In this document: positions 39,171 to 52,960 of the stretch, piece by piece
Layout: every line of letters begins with the position of its first letter
Position numbering within the stretch: position 1 is the stretch's first letter
Source of the DNA: Octopus bimaculoides
Taxonomy: Eukaryota
Length of the DNA: 64,000 nucleotides
Assembly (NCBI RefSeq): GCF_001194135.2
Contig: NC_068994.1
Span: 42,564,242 to 42,628,241 of the forward strand
Direction of reading: 5' to 3'
Notes under the pieces: generated by a model
Databases searched by the model: none
Told to the model about the DNA's origin: nothing
What the model saw: only the letters and a program-made list of their open reading frames with translations
Program-made: the position numbers and the translations under genes

Positions 39171-39665
39171 ACAAGTACCAGTCAAGTATTGGTGTTGATG
39201 TAATCAGCTACCACCTCTCCTCAAAAACTACTGTCTATAATATATAAATCTTTGTGGACAACATGTTCAAAAATGGCTGCTTCAAGCTCACACTTTTGAT
39301 TTCGTTTTTGGTTCTCATGGTAATATCATTATAAATGTCTTAAACTCCAAACAAGTAAAGTCATGAAATTGTGTTACTGCTTAAGCAATATTCGGAAGCC
39401 ATACTTTTCAGTAAAACTTTTAATTAATGACTTTAAAAACAATGAGTGGGTATGTTGGTGTTCATTTTGCATGCACATGTGCTGACACATATATATACAC
39501 TATGCACACTCATACACACACACATATATATTCATGTATACATATACACATATAGGCGTGCACCCACACATATTAAAACATGTATATAGATAGATAGATA
39601 GATATATGGATAGAGATATAATCAGCATCTTTTTCATCGTCAGATTTTTTATCTGATCTTTCTCT

Positions 39666-40050
39666 CTTTTGCTTTTACTTGTTTCAGTCATTTGACTGTG
39701 GCCATGCTGGAGCACCGCCTTTAGTCGAACAAATCAATCCCAGGACTTATTCTTTGGAAGCTTAGTACTTATACTATCGGTCTCTTTTGCCGAACCGCTA
39801 AGTTACAGGGACGTAAACATACAACCATCGGTTGTCAAGTGATGCTGGGGGATCAAACACAGACACACAAACACACACATACATATACATATATACGATG
39901 GGCTTCTTTCATTTTCGTCTACCAAATCCACTCACAAGGCTTTGTTCAGCCTGAGGCTATAGTAGAAGACACTTGCCCAAGGTGCCACGCAGTGGGAATG
40001 AACCTGGAACCATGTGTTTGGTAAGCAAGCTACTTACCACACAGCCACTC
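39666..40050 (-). mobile_element. Full-length family A SINE
   Basis: Near-identical to the 23174-23617 and 49823-50255 copies. Confidence 0.9.
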
Positions 40051-40235
40051 GATAAACTTAATCAAATGCAGACTAATGTGTCTGTTAGCAGACAATACTT
40101 ACTCTGCAGAATTCCCCACAAAATTCTCCACAAAAAAATTGACCATTATTGAGAGAAGCAATAATAATAAGTTAACGCAATGCTAAAATCAACTGACCGA
40201 TAATATATACACTAGTTGCAAACAAGAATAAGTAC

Positions 40236-40411
40236 CTGACTAATTACAGTAATCTGGCAGTCGAAATTAGAAAAGCCAGCCAGAAGTGCACACCAATCCG
40301 ATTGGCCATGCTTGCCATAATGAAGCAGCTATGCATGTCATTCTGCAGATGACATGATGAAATTTTTGAAAGGTAGATGACGGATTCAGGAACTTCACTG
40401 TTCCAAGCAAA
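40236..40411 (-). other. Candidate 176-nt exon containing a short ORF MASMANRIGVHFWLAFLISTARLL* (40318-40244)
   Basis: Minus-strand acceptor tttcataaatattccttgcag and donor cag|gtactt around non-repetitive, relatively GC-rich sequence. No frame is open across the whole exon. Confidence 0.35.
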
Positions 40412-40671
40412 CTGCAAGGAATATTTATGAAAATATAGAAAAAAGAAAAAAATTTTCATAAAAGAGCTAAAAACTAAAATACAGTTGTATTTTTAATACA
40501 ACACATATATATATATAACTCTCTATTTCTCCCTATCTCTCTCTCTCTATATATATATATTTATATATATATACATACATATATATATATATATATATGT
40601 GTTTGCATATTTATCTATCTATCTATCTATCTATCTAAATATATATATAAATATGAGTTTATATATATTTA

Positions 40672-40706
<35 letters not shown>

Positions 40707-41447
40707 TTTCACATACCGCAACCACATTCACTTAGGTATAAGAAGGAATGAGATTTTTTTCCCCCCTATTTTAAATGTCTTTTATTCCATTGAGAGGTAG
40801 ACATTATTTTTTTTTTTTCTTTATAAAAAGCTTTTGGTAAAGATTAAATTTCTATTCAGGAAAAAAAAAAAGACATTTTTTTAGACTTGACAAAAACAAA
40901 AAAAAAATTGCTATGAATAGAACATATAATACATAAATAAAACATAAAAATGTAATAACAAAATTAAAAAAAAAACTTACACATATAAAAAAAGTAATGC
41001 AAAACAAAATCTATTTTCTATTTTGTGCTCTGGCTGATTTCTGCAGTTTCTACTCAGTCACCATTTGTCTTTAACAGAGGTAGACAATGAAAATATAAAT
41101 TTTCCTGCATTCATGTGTCAATAGAGATTTATTTATATATATTAACCAACTACAACAATAACAATAGCAACAACAACAGCAGTAACCAAACAGAAAAATT
41201 GGGGGAAAAACTGAAAGAAATGGATATAACAATCAGAAATTACAAAAATAAACGGCAAAAAATGAAAATATATAGATGCAAAAAATACAATCAGTTGCTA
41301 TTCTTCTTGGTATTTTTGTGTCTTTTTTTATTATTTTATTATTCTTATAATTTTTTGTTATTTTATTCAACATATACTACATATTTAATATATGTGTGTA
41401 TAGATATATTGGCACATAGATATAGGAATGTATGCCAACATATACGA

Positions 41448-41495
<48 letters not shown>

Positions 41496-44400
41496 ATTTA
41501 TATGTGTACTTGTACATATACACTTATATAAATACCTATATATATATATATATCTATATANNNNNNNNNNNNNNNNNNNNNNNNNNNNNNNNNNNNNNNN
41601 NNNNNNNNNNNNNNNNNNNNNNNNNNNNNNNNNNNNNNNNNNNNNNNNNNNNNNNNNNNNNNNNNNNNNNNNNNNNNNNNNNNNNNNNNNNNNNNNNNNN
41701 NNNNNNNNNNNNNNNNNNNNNNNNNNNNNNNNNNNNNNNNNNNNNNNNNNNNNNNNNNNNNNNNNNNNNNNNNNNNNNNNNNNNNNNNNNNNNNNNNNNN
41801 NNNNNNNNNNNNNNNNNNNNNNNNNNNNNNNNNNNNNNNNNNNNNNNNNNNNNNNNNNNNNNNNNNNNNNNNNNNNNNNNNNNNNNNNNNNNNNNNNNNN
41901 NNNNNNNNNNNNNNNNNNNNNNNNNNNNNNNNNNNNNNNNNNNNNNNNNNNNNNNNNNNNNNNNNNNNNNNNNNNNNNNNNNNNNNNNNNNNNNNNNNNN
42001 NNNNNNNNNNNNNNNNNNNNNNNNNNNNNNNNNNNNNNNNNNNNNNNNNNNNNNNNNNNNNNNNNNNNNNNNNNNNNNNNNNNNNNNNNNNNNNNNNNNN
42101 NNNNNNNNNNNNNNNNNNNNNNNNNNNNNNNNNNNNNNNNNNNNNNNNNNNNNNNNNNNNNNNNNNNNNNNNNNNNNNNNNNNNNNNNNNNNNNNNNNNN
42201 NNNNNNNNNNNNNNNNNNNNNNNNNNNNNNNNNNNNNNNNNNNNNNNNNNNNNNNNNNNNNNNNNNNNNNNNCACACACACACACACACACACACCTCGT
42301 CCCTCATCCCCCCCTCCGCCTCCACTCTGTCCCTTCTCCTTTTTCTTCTTCGCTGTTCCATCCATCTGCTGTTTGTGATGTATTTTTGTTGCTGTTTCTG
42401 CCAATGTGTTGTATGTTTATTTACAATTGTTTCAGTTTTTGTTATTCCTGACTCAATTCTTTTATGATTAGATCAATCAGCTTAACTTAAAATGCATTTT
42501 CAATGTTAATTTATCAATAACATCATCTTGACACTCACATCCCCTCACATTTCATCCCACCTCTCTCTCTCCCTCACTTCCTTCCCTCCTCTTTCCCTTT
42601 CACTGTCTCATTTTCTCTTTATGTCTTTCTCTATCCTCCTCCTCCTCCTACTTCTCCACCACCACTGTTACTGCCTCTCCAAAATTGGTTGATCCTACTA
42701 AAAATTAACTATGTTCACCACTCATTCTCTCTCCCTCTTTTTCACTTTCCTTCTCACTCTCTCTCTCCCTCCTTCTTGCTATATCTTTCTCTTTCTCTCT
42801 CTCACTTTCTCCAATGTTAATAAATTATCTATAACATCATTACCCCTTTCCTCTCTCTCTCTACCTGTTTAAGCAAGTTCTACTCAACTCCTAATAAACA
42901 CATACATGTGTACACATAGTTAAACACAATAAATCTAACAAAACACAAACACAGATACACTCACACACACATATATATGCAAGCACATGCACGACGCATA
43001 TCATCACTCATGCATGATTATATCAACACACATACATGCATACACACACACACACACACACATCTATGCATACTAATTTCCACACACATAAGTANNNNNN
43101 NNNNNNNNNNNNNNNNNNNNNNNNNNNNNNNNNNNNNNNNNNNNNNNNNNNNNNNNNNNNNNNNNNNNNNNNNNNNNNNNNNNNNNNNNNNNNNNNNNNN
43201 NNNNNNNNNNNNNNNNNNNNNNNNNNNNTGTGTACACATAGTTAAACACAATAAATCTAACAAAACACAAACACAGATACACTCACACACACATATATAT
43301 GCAAGCACATGCACGACGCATATCATCACTCATGCATGATTATATCAACACACATACATGCATACACACACACACACACACACATCTATGCATACTAATT
43401 TCCACACACATAAGTACTAATGCTTACACATACTTGAACATACATATATACACTTGTGCTTTCATTTCAACTTTCATATACATGAGTACTCTGTTATGTA
43501 AACACACACACAGATGAAGTCATATACACATACTAATTAATACTAAGCCACACACACACACATACACACACACACACACAAATTGTTATTCAAGCACTCA
43601 CATACACACTTTCACACATGTATACTTACTCAAACACACACAGTCATGCATGCATTCTAAAATACACACATACCTTTACATTTGCATTGCATTCCCAAAA
43701 CATGCATACATATATGCACACAAACATACTTCATTTTATTGTCACATACTCATAGGCATTCACACATATTCACACATAACCATACACACAGCCATACATG
43801 GATTTTTAGAAAATTTCATACCCTCAGATGCATTCTCAAATACATACTCATACACACATGCACACACACACACACACACATGCGCACGCAAACATACACA
43901 CACACTCATACGCACACATACTTCACAACATTGTCCCAAACATACACCATATGTATATATATATGCATATCTGCAAACATGCCATGCACACTTATATACA
44001 TGTACTAGTAAAACTACCACACGCACGCACACACACACACACACACACATCACATTAATGTTACACACACTAAGCACATATATTATACCAGTAAAACACA
44101 ATCACACACAGTTTCAAACACATACACACACACACACATACGCACACAGTTTATAGTAATGTTGCATACAACATGCACACATATGCATAACGCTAAAAAC
44201 ACAACCATGCCACACAGACATTCATACATACATACACACACATGCACACATGAACAAGAAGTGAGACAAACACAAACGCACACACACCAACACTGTCTCA
44301 GTATATTGTTTTCTTTTCTTTCTTTTCTTTCTTTCTTTCTTTCTTTCTTTCTTTCGTTCCTTCCTTCTTTGAAATCCATCATCATCACACAAAGCAAAAC

Positions 44401-44680
44401 AATAAATAACATAACAGAACGTAAAATAAAATAAAATAAAATAAAATAAAATAAATGTTACACCATGTCTTTAAATGTTTTTTAACTTCCTTTTTGAATA
44501 ATATCATTTTTGAGGAGATGTCATGTCTAGCACAATGTTAATTTATCAGCTATGGCTTGCTTGTTTCTCTAAGACCTGGTGGTAGGGATAGGAGTGAGGA
44601 GTAAGGGTAGGGTTGGGGGAGGGGGCGATGGAGATGTGGTGTTTGGGAGAGGACTATGAGAGAGAGGGGGATATAGAGAT

Positions 44681-44711
<31 letters not shown>

Positions 44712-44903
44712 TACAGAGGGATGGATGAAGAGTGAGAGAGCGAAAGGGCAATGAGATTGGTCGTGGGGAGAGGAGAGAGAGAGAGAGAGAGAGAGGAAGT
44801 GAAAGAAAGAGAGAAGGAGAGCTGAAGAAACGGTGCTAACAATTGAAGAGATGGCGCTAAAGTGATGGGAAGGAGTAGTGAGAGTGAGTAGCTTTCAGTA
44901 ACC

Positions 44904-44939
<36 letters not shown>

Positions 44940-45712
44940 GATGATTGTTGATTATGTTGTCATTATTGTCATTAGTCACTGAAAATGTTGTTGTTACTGT
45001 TGTCATTAAGCTCTCAGGTGAAGTAAAGTCAAAGTGAGAAGATATTTGATCAAAGTCAATCCACCTGAGACCATCCAATCTTTATTTCAGACAATCCATA
45101 TGTGACCTTTCCTTTTTTTTTTTTAAGACAGTAGGGTTTGATTTAAGTATTTTTTTTTGTTTTTCACAGTCTTATCAAGGATAAGAAAACAGCACCTTAC
45201 ATATTTTTGTCAGGACCTCTAAGATGGATAAGAGAAAGGGAAGAAAGGATCTTCGAACCAGTGTTCAAGCCTGAAACAACAGAATGAACTCTCCTAAAGG
45301 AACCCAAAGACCAGATGGCTATGATAAATTGAAAGGATGAGTAACCCTATAGACTATCAGTTCATGGCCATTTAACAGCATGCAAAATTTTGGCAAATAT
45401 AAATCAGTATTCCCTAGCAATCTCTTCATTTTCCATTACATATTTAAATAAAATTTTTTGTTAAAGAAATATCCTTGTTTTTGTTTGCAATCAGTCAATG
45501 TTGCATTGTGGCTCTTATTCCCCAGATGGTTTACTGCAAAACATGATCATGAAGAGGAATTATGCCAAAGACTAGGTGACAGGATAAAACTTTTTGATAC
45601 TTCACAGTGAATGACATTGTTTGGCACCAGCCTTCTCAGATTCTACAGAATGCTTGGTCTGCTAGAAGTAGAATTTTGGTGCAACACCCTTTTCTACAAG
45701 TTTGCAACCAAT

Positions 45713-45784
<72 letters not shown>

Positions 45785-46271
45785 GAGAGAGAGAGAGATA
45801 GGCAGGTAAACAGACAGAAAGTGAAAGAACCTGGAACGATGTGGTTCATAAGCAAGCTACTTACCACACAGCCACTCCTCATATTTCAAAATGAAATATC
45901 TTTGTTTTTACATTTTGAAAGAGGTATAATTAATAAAGCCCATAAACACACTCATTAGTTCATGTTTGTTGGTATTTCACATCTTTTTCTTTTTCCTCAA
46001 CAGTTGTTGTTTTGTTTTGTTCCCCAAAATTAAAAATCAAAAATATATTTCTTTTCACAGACCTTTCAGAATTATACCACAAATGATACCATAGGAACCA
46101 TTGCTATTGACCTTCCATGTTAGTTCATATTTTAAGAGTTGTCATTGATGGTAGTGGTGGGGTTTAGCTCAAGGTCACCCTTAGATGTATAGAATCATGA
46201 TCGAAGACATTCTACTTAAGACCTTCCCAACTTTTTTCAGCATTATATCCATGTATGTATGTATGTATGTA

Positions 46272-46302
<31 letters not shown>

Positions 46303-46360
46303 ACTGAAAAGGTCTTGACTTCAGAGTATCATGAAAGGACCAGTTGAAAGCCCAACCATC

Positions 46361-46500
46361 AGAGTTCTTTTACAAGGCTTACAAAAGCTGATGGACTGCT
46401 GCAATACGTGTGTGAATCTGAGAGGAGAATATGTTGGATAAAATCATAATTAAGTGATCCTCCTGTATTCTCTTTTACCCAACTTTTCAGCACCCCACCC
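46361..46500 (+). mobile_element. Mariner (DD34D-type) transposase C-terminus and right TIR
   Basis: GLQKLMDCCNTCVNLRGEYVG* resembles the GIxKLxxRWxKCVxxxGxY terminus; followed by aacttttcagcacccc. Confidence 0.65.
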
Positions 46501-46722
46501 ATGTGTGTATGTGTGTATATATATATATATATACATACACATACAGATATGTATGTATGTGTATATATATATANNNNNNNNNNNNNNNNNNNNNNNNNNN
46601 NNNNNNNNNNNNNNNNNNNNNNNNNNNNNNNNNNNNNNNNNNNNNNNNNNNNNNNNNNNNNNNNNNNNNNNNNNNNNNNNNNNNNNNNNNNNNNNNNNNN
46701 NNNNNNNNNNNNNNNNNNNNNN

Positions 46723-47515
46723 ACAGGGTCAATAAGGTATTTGAGGACATAACTTTTGGGGGTCATTACTACATTTTTTGCTAACTCTGTATAATCTTTG
46801 TTTCAAAAAATAATAATGGCAGACCCTCAGCTAACTCAAGAAATGAAGAGGCATGCTATTATTGTGGTTATAAAGGCTGAGCATAGCAATTTAGAAATAT
46901 CTTGATTTTTAAAAGTTGCCAAATCTTTCGTCTACAAAGTTTTTAAGGAGCTAGAGACTGAAGACGGAAACATGTCACCACTATTAAAGCATAAAAAGTA
47001 TTCTAAATGTTCTGAAATCATCAGAACACTTGAATTTAACCAACAGGTTCAACAGACCATTGATAACAATCCCAGAAAGTCCCTGAGGTCAATTGCAAAA
47101 TATCTCTATTTGTCAGAAGTAACAGTCAGAAATGGTGTCCACAAAGACATCAGATATAATTCTTATATGATGAGAAAAGGTCAATTTGTCAGAAAAAACA
47201 AATGAAAATCACAACATCAGATCTAAAAGGCTCTTAAAAATCCAGCAGAGGAAGATTTGATTTGGCTTTTCTCAAACAAGAAAAACTTCAACCAAGATCA
47301 AAACAGAAGAAATGACAGATGGTTATATGCAGACCCTTCTGAAGTTCCAAGTGTTATGCATACAAAATTTTCTGAAACTGTCATGATTTTAGGGGTTGTC
47401 AGCAATGAAGTACATGTGATGCCTCCTTACTTCTTTCCACAAGGCCTTAGAATTAACTCTGCCACCTACATTGAGGTCCTGGAAATAATTGTTAAGCCCT
47501 GGATAGACAGTGTAT
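46723..47515 (+). mobile_element. Truncated, frameshifted Tc1/mariner transposase (maT/DD37D-like)
   Basis: Fragments RTLEFNQQVQQTIDNNPRKSLRSIAKYL (HTH-like) and WLFSNKKNFNQDQ-NRRNDRWLYADPSEVPSVMHTKFSETVMILGVVSNEVHVMPPYFFPQGLRINSATYIEVLEIIVKPWIDSV (first catalytic motif FSDE decayed to FSNK); 3' end cut by a SINE. Confidence 0.85.
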
Positions 47516-47519
47516 GCAT

Positions 47520-47870
47520 ACTGGCGTTGATCTAATCAACCGGCACCCCCAACTCCCTAAAAAATTTCAGGTCTTGTGCCTAGAGTAGAAAAGGATATAA
47601 GCTGTAAAACTTTTGATGATATACAATGGGCTTTGAAAACAGAATCTCACAGTAATATCATTAACATTTTAGAACTCAAATATATATCATCATCAACTTC
47701 ATGTAACACCTGCTCTCCATGTTGGCATGGGTTACATGATTTGACTGGAGCTAAAGAACTGGAGCTGCACCAGGTTTCAGTCTGATTTGGCATGGTTTCT
47801 ACAGCTTGATGCCCTTCCTAATGCCAACCACTCCAGGAGTGTAATAGGTACTTTTATGTGCCACCAACAA
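47520..47870. mobile_element. Family B SINE 3' end (+; 47520-47597) and RTE-tail repeat (-; 47690-47870)
   Basis: ttgatctaatcaacc...tttcaggtcttgtgcctagagtagaaaagga; ccatgttggcatgggtt...gatgcccttcctaatgccaaccactcc. Confidence 0.75.
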
Positions 47871-48320
47871 CAACCACGATTATGATTCACGGGTGCCGTT
47901 TCCATGGCCATAGTTACTATGCACGAGTGCCATTTACATGGCACAGGTGGTGACCAAAACTATGATTCATGTGTATCATGGGTACCATTGACAACCATGA
48001 CACATGGGTGTCATTTACATGACACCACTAATATATATATATGTAACTTCAATTACAAGATTATGACAGAAATTAAAATTATATCATGTCAGGCAAAAAA
48101 AAAAGAAAAATATATAATAAATTGGTTTGCTAATAAAATCTGAAAATTAGAACTAAAATAATTTGAAGAAAAGTTTCATATTGGAATGGTATTTAATGAA
48201 TATCACAAATGAAATTATATTTTACAATATACACAAGCCACTAAATTTCATTTACAGCAATGTGCAGTCAGTGGTCAATTGGCAAATTCATTGTAGATAT
48301 GTTAAGCATAATTAATAGTT

Positions 48321-48362
<42 letters not shown>

Positions 48363-49247
48363 AATAAAGGGATGAAAGAATATAATTTATGGTATTATTT
48401 TTAATTCTGCAGTTACAATTGTTTCAATACAACATGGAAAATCCATTACATGAACATAAATATTAATATTGATATGAATATAATGCACTCATAATATCAT
48501 AAAATATGTTTTTAAGTATTCATATCCATTTCTTCACATTAAGTCTTAAAAAAATGCCAAAGAATAATGTGTGTAAATAATAATATTATGAATTCATGTT
48601 GTATTAAAACAATTGTTACTACAGAATTCAAAATAATATCACAAATTGCAGTCTTTAATTTCTTATATATATGTAATACATATGTGTGTGTGTATATATA
48701 TATATATATATNNNNNNNNNNGTATATGTATGTATATATATGTATGTATGCATGAATGTATATATTTACGAATGTGTACATATATATATATTCTCACACA
48801 CACACACACAAATATATACACATATCTGAACTCAGAGATGAACTAGTGTGGCTATTGCAGCATTCAGAAGAGTAAGAAAGAGTATAAAATATACCAAGCA
48901 CTAGTATCATCTTTTTTTTTACTTATTGTACAGATTAAAACAATGGACGGCATACTGCTACTGGTCTACTGCAATTGAAGAGAGGTGATTATGCTCTCTT
49001 AAGGTATTCACGATATAACTTGCAACATTTCATGTGAACAGTCTTCATCAATTATCAGTGAACTGTCTGTGATGATGAATACATATCCAAAGCTTATGCA
49101 TGTCCACCATTGGGACTTCAAACATATAACTGTATCAACTAAAAATCAGTAAAGATTAACCAAAAGCTTCCTATTCTTATTCAAAATCAAAACCGACATG
49201 TATGTTGGTGTTGTTATGGCATAGAAATAAAACACTAGGGTTATATT

Positions 49248-49430
49248 GGTTTCAAACTTTGGCACAAGGTCAGTAATATTGGCGGAGGGGGGGGGGTAGG
49301 TCAATTACATCATCCCCAATATTAAACTGGTTCTTATTCTATTGAGTTCAAGAGGATGAAAGGTAAAAGTCTACCTCTGTGGAATTTGAACTAAGAATGT
49401 AAAGACAGACAAAATGCCACTAAGCAGTTC
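49248..49430 (-). mobile_element. Family B SINE
   Basis: tttcaaactttggcacaagg...aggatgaaaggtaaaagtctacctctgtggaatttgaactaagaatgtaaagacagac. Confidence 0.75.
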
Positions 49431-49822
49431 ATGATGATGATGACGACGATGATGATGATGACGATGTTGTTGTTGTTGTAGTGGTGGTGGTGGTGGTGGT
49501 GGTGGTGATGGTGATGATGATGATGACGGTGATGACGATGATGGATATATTGAGGGACAAGATGGGTCAAAGCTAAGTCATTTAATCATCATTCAATCGG
49601 AGGCCATCACATCTTAAAAACTCGGGAGGCTTTTGATTTTTGGTATCAACAAGGAGATTTTGCTGTTGCAATTGTTGTTGCTTGTTTTTTGTTTCCTTTT
49701 TGTTTTTTTTTGTAATTGCTCTAAAAGTTGTTATGTATTAAATCTTGTGATTCCATTCCTACTTGCTACAAAAGCCTGTTTATTTGTCGATGATCAAAGT
49801 GTAGAAAAGCAGTTGTTTTTGT

Positions 49823-50028
49823 TACTCTTACTCTTTTACTTGTTTCAGTCATTTGACTGTGGCCATGCTGGAGCACCGCCTTTAGTCGAGCAAATCGACC
49901 CCAGGACTTATTCTTTGGAAGCCTAGCACTTATTCTATCGATCTCTTTTTTCCAAACCGCTAAGTTACGGGGACGTAAACACACCAGCATCGGTTGTCGA
50001 GCGATGTTGGGGGGGGGGACAAACATAT

Positions 50029-50087
<59 letters not shown>

Positions 50088-50255
50088 TACAACGGGTTTC
50101 TTTCAGTTTCCATCTACCAAATCCACTCACAAGGCTTTGGTCGGCCCGAGGCTATAGTAGAAGACACTTGCCCAAGGTGCCACGCAGTGGGACTGAACCC
50201 AGAACCATATGGTTGGTAAGCAAGCTACTTACCACACAGCCACTCCTGCGCCTAT
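49823..50255 (-). mobile_element. Full-length family A SINE (well preserved)
   Basis: Retains CpG-rich gagcaccgcctttagtcgagcaaatcgacccc...ggtcggcccgagg...gccactcctgcgcctat. Confidence 0.9.
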
Positions 50256-50369
50256 ATTATTCTTAATAACTTTCATTGCTGTTAACTTAGCTTTAGTTGC
50301 TGCTTTTGTTATTGTTGCTGTTGTTGCTGGAAATATAAAAATCTTGTACCAGTTTCGTTGTTATAACAG

Positions 50370-51411
50370 CTTTTGAAATACAGCTGTTGTTGTTGTTGCT
50401 GTTGTTGTTGTTATTGTCATTGTGATAGCGATCATGTTCTAAATATTGCTATTGATGACCATGATTATGATGATGATGATTACGATGATGATGATGGCGA
50501 TCACAGCAGCAGCAGTGGCAACGGTAATGGTGGTGGTGGTGGTGGTGGTGGTGGTGGTGATGACTGTGACAGTATAATAAATCTTGTAAATAATGATATA
50601 ACAGCAGTTGATGTACTTATTGCCACTAGNNNNNNNNNNNNNNNNNNNNNNNNNNNNNNNNNNNNNNNNNNNNNNNNNNNNNNNNNNNNNNNNNNNNNNN
50701 NNNNNNNNNNNNNNNNNNNNNNNNNNNNNNNNNNNNNNNNNNNNNNNNNNNNNNNNNNNNNNNNNNNNNNNNNNNNNNNNNNNNNNNNNNNNNNNNNNNN
50801 NNNNNNNNNNNNNNNNNNNNNNNNNNNNNNNNNNNNNNNNNNNNNNNNNNNNNNNNNNNNNNNNNNNNNNNNNNNNNNNNNNNNNNNNNNNNNNNNNNNN
50901 NNNNNNNNNNNNNNNNNNNNNNNNNNNNNNNNNNNNNNNNNNNNNNNNNNNNNNNNNNNNNNNNNNNNNNNNNNNNNNNNNNNNNNNNNNNNNNNNNNNN
51001 NNNNNNNNNNNNNNNNNNNNNNNNNNNNNNNNNNNNNNNNNNNNNNNNNNNNNNNNNNNNNNNNNNNNNNNNNNNNNNNNNNNNNNNNNNNNNNNNNNNN
51101 TAGTAGTAGTAGTAGTAGTCGTGGTGGTGGTGGTAATTGTGGTGGTGGTGGTGGTGGTGGTGGTGGTCATCATCACTGTAGTGCCGAATGGTGCAGGCAA
51201 TGACGTTGGCCATGTTTCTTTGTTTTCATAAACTTGCATTGTTTAAGAAGATGTTTTTGTTGACAACGACGACGATGATGATCAAGATAATCAATGTTTT
51301 GTTGATGATGATGATGATAATGGTTATGATGATAATGACAACGACAGTAATGAAGTTGATGATGCCGATGATGATGGTGATGACAACGACGACGGTGATG
51401 ACGATGGCGAC

Positions 51412-51481
<70 letters not shown>

Positions 51482-51500
51482 CCTTAACTGCTGTTGCTGT
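50370..51500. repeat. Compound (GTT/GAT/GGT/TAG)n tract spanning a gap
   Basis: Direct reading. Confidence 0.9.
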
Positions 51501-51918
51501 TGATGTCATTGTTTCCTGAAGTTTTTGACAGATTCATTATAATAATCTGCATCATGCATTTCCTTTCCATTCCTTTAGATCTGACACTTAAGAAAACGAA
51601 AGAAGAAGAAAAAAGAAGTTTAAAAGAAAAGCAACTAATTCAGATTAATATCTCTCCCCCACCCCACTCTACACCCCTTCCCATTCTCTTTCTCTTTGTT
51701 TTTCATTTTCTCTCTCTTTTTCTCCTTTGTTCTCCCTTTCTTCCTCTCTCTCTTTTACTGTCTTTGTAGCTGAATCCTTCTCTTTCTCTCTCTCACTTAA
51801 TCTGATACTCTCTCTCTGTCTCTCCCTCACTCTCTCTCTTTTTCTCACTCTTTTACTTTAACTTGTTCTCTTGCACTCTCTCTCTCTCTCCCTTCTCTTT
51901 CAACATGTTTCTCTGATT

Positions 51919-51970
<52 letters not shown>

Positions 51971-52129
51971 ATTTCTTTCTCTCTCTTCTAAGTTGGACAT
52001 TCTTAAAAAAAAAATATTCTGAAATCTTTATAATTTCACTGAAATTGTCAAAATATTATTTGGTTTTTGTTATATTCAGAAGCCATATTCAATAGTTACA
52101 GTAAATTGACTGTGACTTTTAGTATTATA

Positions 52130-52960
52130 TTTATTTTATGATTGTTATTATGATATTAGCAGTTATGATAGAGGTGTTTGTTTGCGGATGATTATGAGTA
52201 TGTTAAATTTTGTAATATGACTATTGTTTGCGACCTAAACAGTTTCTGATTGTGATAAGTGTTGTGATGCTATTGTTATGATATTAGTAGAGCAATGATA
52301 GAAATGTTTACTTGTAGAAGGTAAGTCTGTGACAGATATTGTAATATTACTGCTGTCGTGATATTCATAGTTTATGATTGTGATAGGTGTTATGATATCA
52401 GTAGTTTACGATTGTGATAATTCTTATGATATTAATAGTTTATGATTGTGATATATGTTATGATATATTTGTAGTTTACAATTGGGATGTTATCATAGTA
52501 GCTTATGAGTGTAATAAGTATTTAGATATTAGTGGTTTAGTTTATGATTGTAATAGGTGTTATGATATTAGTAGTTTATGATTGTGGGATGTGTTTTGAT
52601 ATTAACAGTTTATAATTATGACAGGTGTTTTGAAATTAGTGGTCTATGATTGTGATAGATGCTGAAATATTTGTAGTTTATGATTGTTATAGGTGTTCAG
52701 ATATTAACAGTTTATGAATGGGATAACTGTTATGATACTAGCAGTGTATGATAGTGATAGGTATTAAGATGTTATTGTGGTAACATTAGTAGTTATGACA
52801 GAGGGATTTGATTGTGGTCAGTATGATTGAGGCAGATTCTGTGATATGGCTATTGCTGTGATATAAGTAGTTTATGAATGTTTTAGGTGATGATAATGTT
52901 ATTGATAAGCTTTATGATGTGACTATTGTTGTGATACAAATGGTTATCATAAATCTATGA
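52130..52960. repeat. Degenerate ~34-bp minisatellite
   Basis: Consensus approximately ttatgatattagtagtttatgattgtgataggtg, repeated with decay towards both ends (on the order of 20 units). Confidence 0.85.

Noticed and set aside
42907-43416. 188-bp direct duplication (42907-43094 and 43229-43416)
   Set aside because: Identical copies sit on either side of an N-gap, the typical sign of unmerged overlapping contig ends.
45524-49000. Short plus-strand ag..gt segments near 45524 (WFTAKHDHEEELCQRL) and 48934 (LKQWTAYCYWSTAIEE)
   Set aside because: Their phases are incompatible (joining them creates a stop) and neither peptide is recognisable.
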